Below the pieces are notes generated by a model. That model had not been told where the DNA came from. It worked only from the letters and a program-made list of their open reading frames with translations, and searched no databases. Position numbers and translations under genes: made by a program. This document shows, one piece after another, positions 52,308-63,192 of a DNA stretch of 64,000 bases; the first letter of the stretch is position 1; every line of letters begins with the position of its first letter. The stretch comes from Amoebophilaceae bacterium. Its GTDB lineage: Bacteria; Bacteroidota; Bacteroidia; Cytophagales; Amoebophilaceae. The stretch covers positions 3,963-67,962 of the forward strand of contig JALOLY010000002.1 of assembly GCA_025455725.1 (NCBI GenBank), given 5' to 3'.

Positions 52308-54410
52308 CTAGCCCATTTTTAGGGCAATCGTCTTTCCGTGCACTGACCTAGTATTTGGAAGAAGAGACTGCGCCGTCACTCTTCCACCCTTATGTCCTTG
52401 CACAGTTACTTTCAAACCACAGTTTTCGAGCAAGAATAAGGCATCTTTGAGCGTCATACCAAGCACATGTGGTACTTGTCCTGGCTTAGGAATTTCATTA
52501 GCCTTCCAGCCAATATGATCTCCGTCTAGGATGCCCCTAACCCATGCTACGTCTAGCTCTTGTTTGTGGTATGCAACACCTAGTGCATCGCAAAGCTGTA
52601 ATAATTCTTCTCGGTAGCCTGCCCTGATCAGGGGGAAAACGTCTGGGCTCCCCTTTGAAGGAATGAAATCCCGTGCAGCAAGATCCTTGGCAGCAATCTT
52701 ATCAGCAATATCTTTGACCACTGTGGCTACAGCAGTGCCAAAATGCCAGGCATAGCACTGGGGGCTATCGATCACCACAATACAACTGTAGCGGGGTGAC
52801 TTCGCGGGGAAATATCCCACAAAAGAGGCGTAGGTATCGTTGGTGTATTTACCATTGACCACTTTGTTGGCGGTTCCGGACTTGCCAGCGATTTGATAAA
52901 ATCCATGTCTAAACTTGCTCGCGGTACCCCGCTCTACTACCCCCTCTAGCATGGTTTGTAGCTTTCGTAGCGTAGCATCAGTGCATATTTTCTTACTGAG
53001 TACGGTTCCTTGAAATTCTTTGACAGTTTTATTAGCGCGTTTGACCCTTTTGACAATAACAGGCTGCAACATCTTGCCATGGTTGGCTACTGCATTGTAC
53101 AAGGTAAGCGTGTGCAAGGGAGTGATCTTTAACTCATAGCCGATAGACATCCAAGGCAGCGTCACGCTACTCCATCCAGGACTTTTGGCATCCTTGATAA
53201 AAGGCACGCCTGCGCCAATCATTTGCAAGCCAAGTGGCTTAGACAGACTGAGCCTGTGGATGTAGTTAACGAACTTTTGAGGGTGTTTGCCGAAGGCTTC
53301 ATCAATAAGACGGGCCACGCCTACGTTCGACGAATACTCAAATACTTCCTGCACCGTCAGCTCACCAAATCCTCCTCTCTTCACATCTTTCATGATACGG
53401 TCGTGAAACTGAAACCGACCGTCACCTGTATCGATAGTGTCTGTAAGCGCTACAGAAGTCTCTTCTAACAACGCCAACATAGATACTAATTTAAAAGTAG
53501 AACCCGGCTCCGTGGCACCCTGGTTACCTATTGCATAGTTATAGCACTCTCTGTATTGCGCGTTTTCCGTGCGGCTTAGGTTGACTATAGCTTTTATTTC
53601 ACCCGTTTTCACCTCCATCACAACAGCACATCCATAGGCTGCCTCACTTGCTTGCAACGCTTTCAAAAGACTGTTATGTGCCACATCCTGCAAATTGATA
53701 TCAATCGTCGTTTCTAAATCACAACCACGCACTGTCCGATCGGAAGCGCCATCAGAAATTTTCTTCCAGTTACCCCCTGTTATCTTCTGGTACAGTGCAC
53801 TACCATCAAGTCCTTTAAGGTCTTGGTTGAAACTATATTCTAGACCAGCCCCACACTCATTGGCATTGATAAAGCCTATGGTCCTGGCAGCAAGATCTTT
53901 GAAAGGATGGAAACGCTTCTCTACCTTCTCAAAGAGTACCCCACCGCACCAACGCCCTTTGCAGAAAATAGGCCACTGACTCATTGCTTTCTTTGCTTGG
54001 TGATCGATCCTTCTTGGGTTAAGGATCAAATACCTGCACTTGGCTTGACGGGCACTTTGAACGAGATGCTGATACGCCTCAGCACTTTTGTCTTGATAGA
54101 AGTTGGCCAATAACTGACTTAACGCTACAATCTGCTCTTGAAATGTAGTTTCATCTACTATGCAAGGGTCTAAAGCGACACGGTAAAACGGTAAGGAAGT
54201 AGCCAAGAGGTTACCGTCATCTGCATAAATATTTCCCCTAGTAGCCTTGATCGGCCTGTAAGCCAAACCTGCGACTTCTGCTTCGTTTTTCCATCGGGTG
54301 CCTTGAAAAGATTGTATGTACACTAACTTTGCAACAATGGCAGTGGCAAATAGAAGAACTGCCAGAAAAGCGATCCTTGTCCTCAGGAGAATGGTTTGCT
54401 TGAAGGCCAC
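52308..54410 (-). CDS. ftsI: Penicillin-binding protein (FtsI/PBP3-like transpeptidase) with a C-terminal PASTA-like domain
   Basis: N-terminal TM anchor, a dimerisation domain, and the transpeptidase motifs STFK and KSGT. Lies at the expected position in the dcw cluster. Confidence 0.88.
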   Translation of the reverse strand: MAFKQTILLRTRIAFLAVLLFATAIVAKLVYIQSFQGTRWKNEAEVAGLAYRPIKATRGNIYADDGNLLATSLPFYRVALDPCIVDETTFQEQIVALSQLLANFYQDKSAEAYQHLVQSARQAKCRYLILNPRRIDHQAKKAMSQWPIFCKGRWCGGVLFEKVEKRFHPFKDLAARTIGFINANECGAGLEYSFNQDLKGLDGSALYQKITGGNWKKISDGASDRTVRGCDLETTIDINLQDVAHNSLLKALQASEAAYGCAVVMEVKTGEIKAIVNLSRTENAQYRECYNYAIGNQGATEPGSTFKLVSMLALLEETSVALTDTIDTGDGRFQFHDRIMKDVKRGGFGELTVQEVFEYSSNVGVARLIDEAFGKHPQKFVNYIHRLSLSKPLGLQMIGAGVPFIKDAKSPGWSSVTLPWMSIGYELKITPLHTLTLYNAVANHGKMLQPVIVKRVKRANKTVKEFQGTVLSKKICTDATLRKLQTMLEGVVERGTASKFRHGFYQIAGKSGTANKVVNGKYTNDTYASFVGYFPAKSPRYSCIVVIDSPQCYAWHFGTAVATVVKDIADKIAAKDLAARDFIPSKGSPDVFPLIRAGYREELLQLCDALGVAYHKQELDVAWVRGILDGDHIGWKANEIPKPGQVPHVLGMTLKDALFLLENCGLKVTVQGHKGGRVTAQSLLPNTRSVHGKTIALKMG

Positions 54411-54411
54411 A

Positions 54412-54774
54412 CTATTTCGATTTTATTTTTAAGGGTGGGTAGGGTGTTTCGTAAAGACCCTTATTGGCTACTCTCCTAGCTACTTCTGACTGTTTACGAT
54501 CAAACGCATAGTCCGCCTGTAAGGTTGTGTAGTCTACCCTAAGGGCATCAACCTCTCGTTCTAATTGACTGACTTTGCGCGCCATTCTTTCATAGTGGTG
54601 CGTATTACCCACGTAAAAGATGCCCATCAAGAGGAGAAACAACAGCCGAGGCACATACCGCCCTTGCAAGCCGTAAAAAGAATTTTCCTCTAAATTTATT
54701 GTGCGCTCCAAATAAGCAAATACCCCCCGCCTTCTCTTTGATTTGTAGGTGTTCTTCCCCATAAGCGATATCAT
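54412..54774 (-). CDS. ftsL: FtsL-like cell division protein
   Basis: Small bitopic protein (TM helix LLFLLLMGIFYVG) followed by a coiled coil. Sits between rsmH and ftsI. Confidence 0.6.
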   Translation of the reverse strand: MISLMGKNTYKSKRRRGVFAYLERTINLEENSFYGLQGRYVPRLLFLLLMGIFYVGNTHHYERMARKVSQLEREVDALRVDYTTLQADYAFDRKQSEVARRVANKGLYETPYPPLKIKSK

Positions 54775-54853
54775 GGAACATGTTGCCGAGGTGTTGAAGT
54801 TACCAAACTTTTCCCGCTCAGGTGGTAGGCCTATTTGCTATCTGCAGCACCGA

Positions 54854-55783
54854 TTAGGCAACATTATCGAGCCGTTCTCCCGTTCTAAGTCGGGCGCTCC
54901 TTGCTCTGTTATTGACTTGAATTTCCTTGTCAGAAGGCTTCATCGGTTTTTTATAAACAGGCCTGAAAGGCCGTAGCACATTGCCATAGATATCCTTATC
55001 TAGCCTTCCGTCAAAGTGGCCCGTATTGAGAAAGTGCTTGACCAACCTATCTTCTAGAGAGTGATAGGACAATACTACTAGCCTCCCGCGAGGGCGCAGG
55101 AGGGATGTGCTTTGCTGCAAAAGTTCTTGGAGGGCGCCTAACTCATCGTTGACTTCAATGCGCAAAGATTGAAACACTTTTGCGTAATACTTGTATTCTT
55201 TCCCTCGAGGTGCCAACCGCTGCAAGAGCATGCGCAGGTCTTCTGTCGTATGTATAGGCTTGGTGGCCCTATGGGCTACGATGGCTTGTGCAAGCGTGCG
55301 GGCATTGCGTACCTCGCCATAGTTTTGCAAGAGCTGTTGCAGCTGAGATACAGAATAGCTGTTAACGATTTCTTGCGCGGTCAAGCTGCTTGCTTGGTCC
55401 ATGCGCATATCAAGTGTACCTCTCCAACGGGTAGAGAATCCACGCTCAGCGGTATCAATTTGGTGAGAAGACACACCCAAATCAGCCAAAATACCATCTA
55501 CTTGATGCACACCATGAAAAGTCAAAAATTGTCGCATAAACCTGGCATTGGCCTTGATGAAAGTAAAAAAACTACTAGGCAGTTGTGCAGCTGCTGCTAC
55601 TGCCGCCTGATCTTGGTCAAAAGCAAATAACCGCCCTCCTTTTAACTGACTGAGCACGGCTTTGGCGTGTCCGCCTCCACCAAAAGTGAGGTCTACATAC
55701 GTACCCTTAGGATGTATAGCCAACGCCTCTAGGCTTTCTTGTAGCATGACAGGAGTGTGCATGGCTGTCGGTTTGTCGATCAT
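54854..55783 (-). CDS. rsmH: 16S rRNA (cytosine1402-N4)-methyltransferase
   Basis: HTPVMLQESL, DLTFGGGGH, DLGVSSHQ and SYHSLEDR motifs. A start at 55783 or 55762 avoids overlap with the upstream gene. Confidence 0.93.
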   Translation of the reverse strand: MIDKPTAMHTPVMLQESLEALAIHPKGTYVDLTFGGGGHAKAVLSQLKGGRLFAFDQDQAAVAAAAQLPSSFFTFIKANARFMRQFLTFHGVHQVDGILADLGVSSHQIDTAERGFSTRWRGTLDMRMDQASSLTAQEIVNSYSVSQLQQLLQNYGEVRNARTLAQAIVAHRATKPIHTTEDLRMLLQRLAPRGKEYKYYAKVFQSLRIEVNDELGALQELLQQSTSLLRPRGRLVVLSYHSLEDRLVKHFLNTGHFDGRLDKDIYGNVLRPFRPVYKKPMKPSDKEIQVNNRARSARLRTGERLDNVA

Positions 55784-55793
55784 AAGCACTTGA

Positions 55794-57221
55794 TTACTGA
55801 GTCGTTGCAACCGCCTGGAGCCCACGTGCTTTGCCAAGCGCTAGTAGATAGCGGTAGACTTCCTCATACTCATTCTTGATCTCCCCTTCCAAAATTGCTT
55901 CCTTGATAGCTTTTTTTAGTTCTCCTATCATTCTGGAAGGTTTGATACCAAAAGTCTGCATAATGACGTCTCCTGTAATAACAGGCTGGAAGCTTCTCAG
56001 TGCGTCTTTTTCTTCCACCCATCGCATCTTTTCCTCGACTTTGTCAAAATTTTTGAGGTAATGCTTGACTTTTGCATCATTTTTGGACGTAACATCTGCA
56101 CGACAAAGTAACATCAGATCCTCTAGGTCATCCCCTGCTTCGTAGATGAGGCGTCTCACTGCAGCATCTGTTACTTCTTCTTGCGCCAAGGCAATGGGAC
56201 GTAGATGCAAACGCACCAGCTTTTGCACGTACACCATGTTATCTCGCATGGGCAGCTTCATCTTTCTAAAGATTCTAGGCACCATCCTCGAACCCTGCTC
56301 CTCATGACCATGAAAAGTAAATCCTACTGCTGGATCAAACCGCTTGGTCTGGGGCTTGGCAATGTCATGCAAAAGTGCTGCCCATCGCAACCAAAGGTTA
56401 TTAGAAATGACCGTCACATTATCTAAGACCTGCAGTGTATGATCAAAATTATCCTTATGCGACTGTCCCTGGATAGTTTCTACACCCTGTAAGGCTACTA
56501 AATCAGGAAAAATGATAGACAACAGCCCCGCCTGGTGTAAGAGATTGAGACCTCGGGAAGGTATGGGCGAAGCAATGATCTTGTTCAACTCAGCAATGAT
56601 GCGCTCTTGAGACACAACGCTGATTCTTGCAGCGTGCTCTCGAATGGCGGCAAGTGTATCAGGGGCAATATCCATGGCTAGCTGCACAGCAAACCGTACA
56701 GCCCGCATCATGCGCAGTGGATCATCTGAAAAAGTTTGAGCTGGTGCCAAAGGCGTCTTAATAACGCGGCGCTTCAAATCCCCCATTCCCCCAAACGGAT
56801 CTACCAGCTCCCCCCAGCGATTTTTATTCAGGCAGATTGCCAAGGCGTTGATCGTAAAGTCACGCCGGTGCTGGTCATCTCGTAGGGTACCTTGCTCTAC
56901 AGTGGGCTTACGGGAGTCTTTTCGATAAGATTCCTTTCTGGCACCTACAAACTCTAACTCCCAGTCTTGCCACCGAACCATGGCAGTCCCAAAATTTTTA
57001 AACACCACCAAATGCTCGGATTTACCCAATGCTTCTGCCACAGCCTGGGCTAAGCCGATTCCACTGCCCACACACACGATGTCAATATCTTTGGACGGTC
57101 TTTCTAAGAGCAGGTCACGCACGAAACCGCCCACTACATACGTTTCTAGCATAAGCTGGTCAGCAACAGCCCGAATGCGCTCAAAAACAGGATATTGATC
57201 GAGTAGATGGCTATAGTTCAC
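55794..57221 (-). CDS. cca: tRNA nucleotidyltransferase (CCA-adding enzyme/poly(A) polymerase family) with an HD domain
   Basis: GGFVRDLLL...DIDIV nucleotidyltransferase motif, an RRDFTINA motif, and an HD domain (LLHDIAKP). Confidence 0.85.
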   Translation of the reverse strand: MNYSHLLDQYPVFERIRAVADQLMLETYVVGGFVRDLLLERPSKDIDIVCVGSGIGLAQAVAEALGKSEHLVVFKNFGTAMVRWQDWELEFVGARKESYRKDSRKPTVEQGTLRDDQHRRDFTINALAICLNKNRWGELVDPFGGMGDLKRRVIKTPLAPAQTFSDDPLRMMRAVRFAVQLAMDIAPDTLAAIREHAARISVVSQERIIAELNKIIASPIPSRGLNLLHQAGLLSIIFPDLVALQGVETIQGQSHKDNFDHTLQVLDNVTVISNNLWLRWAALLHDIAKPQTKRFDPAVGFTFHGHEEQGSRMVPRIFRKMKLPMRDNMVYVQKLVRLHLRPIALAQEEVTDAAVRRLIYEAGDDLEDLMLLCRADVTSKNDAKVKHYLKNFDKVEEKMRWVEEKDALRSFQPVITGDVIMQTFGIKPSRMIGELKKAIKEAILEGEIKNEYEEVYRYLLALGKARGLQAVATTQ

Positions 57222-57354
57222 GGAGTACTTCTTCCTGCAGCATTGATGCTTTGGGGAAGTGCAAATTTCCTTACTCTTCTTATCATGAGCAAGTTGTGGT
57301 CAGGAGTTACTGCGGAAGATTGGCCAAAAGGCGCACAGGTCTAAAGAAAGCGCC

Positions 57355-57362
57355 TACATTTG
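57355..57362 (+). promoter_or_regulatory. Candidate Bacteroidota -7 promoter element (TACATTTG = TAnnTTTG) upstream of pyrG
   Basis: Exact TAnnTTTG match 46 nt upstream of the pyrG ATG (57408). The -33 element is not obvious. Confidence 0.25.
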
Positions 57363-57407
57363 CCTACGGGAAAAATATTGTTGACCCCACCTATCTGCAC
57401 AACGTAT

Positions 57408-59018
57408 ATGGCCGCTGTAAAGTACATTTTCATCACAGGAGGCGTTACTTCTTCTTTGGGCAAAGGCATTATTGCTGCCTCTCTGGGCAAACTTCTCCAA
57501 GCAAGGGGTTATCGTGTTACTATCCAGAAGCTGGATCCCTACATCAACGTAGACGCTGGCACTATGAACCCTTACGAACACGGAGAATGCTATGTAACAG
57601 AAGATGGCGCAGAAACAGACTTAGACTTGGGCCACTATGAACGTTTTCTAGACATTACAACCTCTCAGGCCAATAATGTAACCACAGGAAAGATCTATCA
57701 TACGGTTATTACCAAGGAGCGCAAGGGCGCTTATCTAGGCAAGACCGTGCAGGTGGTTCCGCACATTACCGATGAGATCAAACACACCATTTTTGCGTTG
57801 GGCGAAGCAGGTCAATACGACTTTGTGATCATAGAGATTGGAGGCAGCGTGGGTGACATCGAGTCGCTTCCTTTTATCGAGGCTATCAGGCAAATACGAT
57901 GGCATCTTGCACCAGCTGATTTTCTGTCTATTCACCTAACGCTCATTCCTTACCTTCGAGCAGTACAAGAACTCAAAACTAAACCCACACAACATGCCGT
58001 CAAACAACTACAAGCGGCAGGCATACAACCCAACGTACTGATCTGCCGTACTGAAAAGCCCTTACCCCCAAGCATCCGAGAAAAATTGTCACTGTTTTGC
58101 AACATAACCCCCGACGCCGTGATTGAGGCTATGGACATTTCCACCATCTATGAAGTACCTCTACTCATGCGCCAGGAAAAACTAGATGAACAGGTCCTTA
58201 CCCAACTACACCTACCACTTACACCAGCACCCGATTTAGCATCCTGGAAAGTTTTTTTGAATAAACTCATGCACCCTCAAAAGACGCTACGCATCGGCCT
58301 AATAGGCAAGTATACTGCCATACCCGATGCCTATAAATCTATTCAAGAAGCCTTGACTCATGCAGGTGCATACCACGATTGTCAGATCGACCTACAACTT
58401 ATCTCTTTTGAAGTGCTGCAAGAAGATAACATAGTACAGTCGCTAGCACCTTTGCAGGCCATTTTGATTGCACCTGGCTTTGGGACAAGAGGCATAGAAG
58501 AAAAAATTAGGGCGATACAATATGCAAGAGAAACCCAATTACCGCTCTTCGGGATTTGTTTGGGTATGCAATGCGCCGTCATAGAATTTGCCAGGAATGT
58601 ACTGGGATGGCAAGAGGCTGCCTCGACAGAGCAGTCCCCGCAAACACCTTATCCTGTCATTACTTTGACAGATACACAACAAGATGTAGTACAAAAAGGG
58701 GGCAGCATGCGCTTAGGAGAACAAAGCTGCCAACTGACCCCAGGCAGCAAAGCAGCCGAAATTTATGGGACCACACGCATCTCAGAACGACATCGTCATC
58801 GCTATGAATTCAACAACAAGTATTTAAAGGATTTTGGAAACGCTGGCATGGTAGTCACAGGCACTCACCCCGAAACCGGACTCGTAGAGATTGTAGAATT
58901 AGCGGAACACCCTTGGTTTATAGGCACGCAGTTCCACCCCGAATTTAAAAGCACACCACTGCGACCACATCCGCTTTTTGTTAGCTTCTTACAAGCAGTC
59001 AAGACGTTGGTGCATTGA
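57408..59018 (+). CDS. pyrG: CTP synthase
   Basis: KYIFITGGVTSSLGKG, and a glutamine amidotransferase domain with GICLGMQ. The ATG at 57408 is preferred over the listed start at 57360. Confidence 0.95.
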   Translation: MAAVKYIFITGGVTSSLGKGIIAASLGKLLQARGYRVTIQKLDPYINVDAGTMNPYEHGECYVTEDGAETDLDLGHYERFLDITTSQANNVTTGKIYHTVITKERKGAYLGKTVQVVPHITDEIKHTIFALGEAGQYDFVIIEIGGSVGDIESLPFIEAIRQIRWHLAPADFLSIHLTLIPYLRAVQELKTKPTQHAVKQLQAAGIQPNVLICRTEKPLPPSIREKLSLFCNITPDAVIEAMDISTIYEVPLLMRQEKLDEQVLTQLHLPLTPAPDLASWKVFLNKLMHPQKTLRIGLIGKYTAIPDAYKSIQEALTHAGAYHDCQIDLQLISFEVLQEDNIVQSLAPLQAILIAPGFGTRGIEEKIRAIQYARETQLPLFGICLGMQCAVIEFARNVLGWQEAASTEQSPQTPYPVITLTDTQQDVVQKGGSMRLGEQSCQLTPGSKAAEIYGTTRISERHRHRYEFNNKYLKDFGNAGMVVTGTHPETGLVEIVELAEHPWFIGTQFHPEFKSTPLRPHPLFVSFLQAVKTLVH

Positions 59019-59054
59019 AAGGCTACCCGGTAGGTACACCGACCGAGCAAAATG

Positions 59055-59858
59055 CTAGAACCACTTTAGAATATCCAAGCCCACACCAAACTCTACAAGC
59101 GACGTGCTAACAAGTCTAACGGTGTGCACTGCCAAGTGATCATTAGAGGGATCTCTACTTAGCTTTAGAAAATGCATGAGATCCACCACTGGAACCTTGA
59201 TCCTCGTCATGACATAAAACCCCTTTGGGAAGTCCACAGCCATATCAAGAAAGACACTGCCCGCCAACCTCTTAAGGTCTGAGATACGGTCTTTAAAATT
59301 CTCATCACCTCCCTGGGTTGCACGAAGTGATGCTCTATTTTTAGACCGCCTGCCCCAGGAAGAAAGCAAAACATCGAGCTCATAGCCAAGCATTAGGCTC
59401 CCTCGGATAATGTCACGTTGCACGGGAAAGGAAAACTTGATACCAACAGGAATCTGTAGATATCGCTCCTCTACGACAACATTCCATTTGGTTAACCTGG
59501 TCCTATGGGTCATACTGTAAGACAACCCCACCTCTGGTCCCAACCTGAGGTTAGGGCTGACTGTAAGACCATAACCCCACACCACCCCAACACGACCATT
59601 GGGGCGCACATCAAACCCATCCTCTAAATCTCTCAAGACCTTCTCAAGTAACCAAGAATACGGTATGCCAAAACCTAGCTCGACACCTGCTTTCATGTTC
59701 TTGCTCCAAAGAGGCTGCTGAGGCACTGCAGAGGCGAGGGAAGCTGGTAGTAAAAAGGCAAGCAGTAGTGCCACTCCAACGTATTGACTGGCCTTAGGAG
59801 AACAACGACTATAACTAATAGAACTTAGGGAATCTGGTGCCTTGTGCATCATAGTCAT
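59055..59858 (-). CDS. Putative outer-membrane beta-barrel protein
   Basis: Signal-like segment VALLLAFLLPASLASA, an alternating amphipathic beta-strand pattern, and a C-terminal aromatic residue (...DILKWF). Confidence 0.55.
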   Translation of the reverse strand: MTMMHKAPDSLSSISYSRCSPKASQYVGVALLLAFLLPASLASAVPQQPLWSKNMKAGVELGFGIPYSWLLEKVLRDLEDGFDVRPNGRVGVVWGYGLTVSPNLRLGPEVGLSYSMTHRTRLTKWNVVVEERYLQIPVGIKFSFPVQRDIIRGSLMLGYELDVLLSSWGRRSKNRASLRATQGGDENFKDRISDLKRLAGSVFLDMAVDFPKGFYVMTRIKVPVVDLMHFLKLSRDPSNDHLAVHTVRLVSTSLVEFGVGLDILKWF

Positions 59859-59966
59859 ACGCTACTATTGGTCTAATTGAGAATTCAAAATGCAAAAAAT
59901 TGTACGCCCTTAGAGTACGCAATAAGCACACCCATTTACTCAACATTGCGATTGCGACAAGCCGTG

Positions 59967-60050
59967 TACCAGGGGCGGGACTTGAACCCGCACGGACATA
60001 TGTCCACAAGATTTTAAGTCTTGCGTGTCTACCGATTCCACCACCCTGGC
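59967..60050 (-). tRNA. tRNA-Leu (TAA)
   Basis: The reverse complement is GCCAGGG...anticodon loop CTTAAAA...long variable arm...GGTTCAAGTCC...CCCTGGT plus A. There is a G1:U72 wobble. No CCA is encoded. Confidence 0.88.
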
Positions 60051-60186
60051 GGATTCATGCGTTGATTTACATCCCTGTGACCACCTCTTCCTCTGATACT
60101 CCGCTAACCCTGGCCCTAGCCTTCACGTATCAGGCCATCGAGCAACCCATAGAGCCGGGAGACCTGTAACAAACACACATCTTATT

Positions 60187-60262
<76 letters not shown>

Positions 60263-60415
60263 GTTGATTGGCCGCCATGTGAAGACCTCAAAAAGCGACA
60301 CGGTGGCAATTTGGCAATATTTTCAAGCATCTCCAAAAATATCAGCGTTCTGCAATAAGCAGTAAAAAAAATTAACATTATAGGGAAAGAAAAACCTAGA
60401 CTGCCAAAAAGCGCC

Positions 60416-63058
60416 TCACGAGTTTTTATCCAAGAGGCCTTTCAACTCACTGAGTTTAAGTAAGGCTTCCATCGGCGAGATAACATTGATATCAAGATCT
60501 TTGAGCAGTGTCTTGATCTGGGCAACAGCGGGGTCAGCTTCAAAAAGAGATAATTGATAGCTGTTGGCAGGGATGTTCTGAATCTTCTCCTGGAGTCGTT
60601 GCCGCGATTGGCCTTGCTCCAAGTGGTGCATCAGTGCATCGGCACGATGGACCACTTGAGCAGGCATACCTGCCATCTGGGCTACGTGAATACCGAAGCT
60701 ATGTGCACTCCCACCTGCTCTCAGCTGACGCAAAAAAAGCACCTTTTCGTTGATTTCCTTGACAGCTACGTGAAAGTTCTTGACTCTCTCCAGTTCATCA
60801 GCTAGCTGGTTAAGCTCATGGTAATGCGTAGCAAACAGTGTTTTTGCACGGCACTTAGCATGGCTATGTAGGTATTCTACAATAGACCAAGCGATAGATA
60901 TGCCATCATAAGTGCTAGTCCCACGACCAATCTCATCCAAGAGCACTAAACTACGGTCGCTCAGGTTGTGCATGATGCTAGCCGTCTCGGTCATTTCTGT
61001 CATGAAAGTAGACTCGCCTCGAGCAAGGTTATCAGAAGCACCTACACGTGTAAAAACTTTATCAACCAGTCCAATAGAAGCACTATCAGCAGGCACAAAA
61101 GCGCCTATTTGCGTCATGAGTACAATCAGGGCTACTTGTCGGAGCAAGGCGGACTTGCCAGCCATGTTCGGACCCGTGATGATGATAATTTGCTGTGTGG
61201 TGTTATCTAGGTAAATGTCATTAGGAACATAGCGCTCATCTAGAGGTAATTGCTGCTCGATAACAGGGTGCCGGCCTGCTTGTATCTCAATAACCTTGTC
61301 TTCGTTGACAACAGGTTTGGTGTAATGGTGCTTTCTAGCCTCCTGGGCAAAGGAGAGGTAGCAGTCTAGCTGTGCAAGCACGCGCGCATTTTGCTGGATC
61401 TGGGGCACAAAATCTGCGGCATTACTGACCAACTCTTGGTAGAGTTTCTGCTCTAATACCGTTAGCCTCTCTTCTGCGTGGGCAATCTTTTCTTCATGAT
61501 GTTTCAACTCTTCGGTAACATAGCGCTCTGCATTCACCAGGGTCTGTTTACGAATCCAATTGGCAGGCACCTTGGCTTTATGGGTGTGGGTTACTTCTAG
61601 GTAATAACCGAAGACTTTATTGTAGGCGACCTTTAAAGAAGCAATACCGGTTTTTTTACTTTCCTTTTGCTGTATTTCAACGAGATAATCTTTGCCTGTG
61701 TGGGCAATTTGCTTTAACGCGTCGAGCTCCTCATGGAACCCTTCCCTGATCAAGCCACCTTGGTTGGTGAGTAGGGGAGGGTTTTCTTGGAGCGTCTTCT
61801 CGATTTTTTCTAGCAAGTAATCACACCGGTGCAGTTGCTCGCTCAACTTAAGGAGCAGTTCATGGGTACTTGACTGGAGTTGGCGCTGGATCGGCGCTAT
61901 TTGTTGCAAGGCTTTTTTCAAAGCCAACAGCTCTCTGGGATTAGCTCTACCTACAGAGACTTTAGAAATAAGACGTTCTAGGTCTCCAACCTGTTTGAGC
62001 GCTTGAAGAATGTTTTGCCCTATCGTAGGATTTTTCACCAGTACTTCCACAGTGTCAAGTCGCCTCCGAATAACATGGATATCCTTAAGCGGTAATACCA
62101 CCCATTTTTTCATCAGGCGCGCACCCATGGGGGTCACTGTCTTGTCAAGTACATGGATGAGAGCAACTCCTTCTTCTTGTTGGGGGTCAAGTAACTCTAG
62201 ATTTCTAATGGTAAACCTATCTAGCCACACATACTTGTCTTCTTCAATCCTAGCAATAGAGGTAATGTGCTTTATTTTTTTGTGCTCTGTTTCCTCCAAG
62301 TACCGCAACACAGCGCCTGCGGCAATGATGCCGAGGGGAAACTGCTCGATGCCAAAGCCTTTGAGAGAAGCAGTGCCAAAGTGTCCGTTCAGTATTTCAT
62401 AGGCATAATCGAAGTGATAGACCCACTCCTCCAGGAAATGGCTGTTGCACTGGTCTTTAAAAAATGTCTGAAAATCCTTTTGCTGTTTTTTACTCGAAAT
62501 GATTTCTGAGGGCTTGAAACTCTGAACAAGCTTATCCACATAAGACATGGTCCCTTGGGCCACTAGAAACTCACCTGTAGACACATCCAAAAAGGCAATG
62601 CCCAACTCGTCTTTATCGAAATACAAAGACGCCAAATAGTTGTTATACTTCTGGTCTAGTACCTGATCGTTAAAAGCAAGACCAGGCGTAACCAATTCGG
62701 TTACGCCCCGCTTAACAATGCCTTTGGCTAACTTAGGATCTTCAAGCTGATCACAAATGGCCACGCGATGGCCTGCTTTGATGAGTTTGGGGAGATGTGT
62801 GTCTAGAGCATGATGAGGGAAACCAGCTAGCTCAACTGCTGCTGCACCACCGTTTGAACGCTTGGTCAGAACGATGTCCAGAATTTTGCTGGTCTTGATG
62901 GCATCCTCACCAAAAGTCTCATAAAAATCACCCACTCTAAAAAGCAGTAGAGCACCAGGATATTGGGTCTTGACCTGGTTGTACTGTTTCATGAGAGGGG
63001 TCTCTTCGCTTCTAACCGAAGAATCTGACTGGGTACTTGTTGGGAACCGATACTTCAT
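60416..63058 (-). CDS. mutS: DNA mismatch repair protein MutS
   Basis: TPLMKQY...GDFYETF mismatch-binding domain, Walker A GPNMAGKS, DEIGRGTSTYDG and THYHEL. Confidence 0.95.
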   Translation of the reverse strand: MKYRFPTSTQSDSSVRSEETPLMKQYNQVKTQYPGALLLFRVGDFYETFGEDAIKTSKILDIVLTKRSNGGAAAVELAGFPHHALDTHLPKLIKAGHRVAICDQLEDPKLAKGIVKRGVTELVTPGLAFNDQVLDQKYNNYLASLYFDKDELGIAFLDVSTGEFLVAQGTMSYVDKLVQSFKPSEIISSKKQQKDFQTFFKDQCNSHFLEEWVYHFDYAYEILNGHFGTASLKGFGIEQFPLGIIAAGAVLRYLEETEHKKIKHITSIARIEEDKYVWLDRFTIRNLELLDPQQEEGVALIHVLDKTVTPMGARLMKKWVVLPLKDIHVIRRRLDTVEVLVKNPTIGQNILQALKQVGDLERLISKVSVGRANPRELLALKKALQQIAPIQRQLQSSTHELLLKLSEQLHRCDYLLEKIEKTLQENPPLLTNQGGLIREGFHEELDALKQIAHTGKDYLVEIQQKESKKTGIASLKVAYNKVFGYYLEVTHTHKAKVPANWIRKQTLVNAERYVTEELKHHEEKIAHAEERLTVLEQKLYQELVSNAADFVPQIQQNARVLAQLDCYLSFAQEARKHHYTKPVVNEDKVIEIQAGRHPVIEQQLPLDERYVPNDIYLDNTTQQIIIITGPNMAGKSALLRQVALIVLMTQIGAFVPADSASIGLVDKVFTRVGASDNLARGESTFMTEMTETASIMHNLSDRSLVLLDEIGRGTSTYDGISIAWSIVEYLHSHAKCRAKTLFATHYHELNQLADELERVKNFHVAVKEINEKVLFLRQLRAGGSAHSFGIHVAQMAGMPAQVVHRADALMHHLEQGQSRQRLQEKIQNIPANSYQLSLFEADPAVAQIKTLLKDLDINVISPMEALLKLSELKGLLDKNS

Positions 63059-63192
63059 GAAGACAGTGTGCTATCATGACGAGGACCATATCTCCACCTT
63101 CTCACGTCTCTGCAGACCGTGAAGGTACGTTGCAGCGTACTATTGAGGCAAATAAATTGGCTTCTTCACTAACAAGCTCGCCATAGAATACT

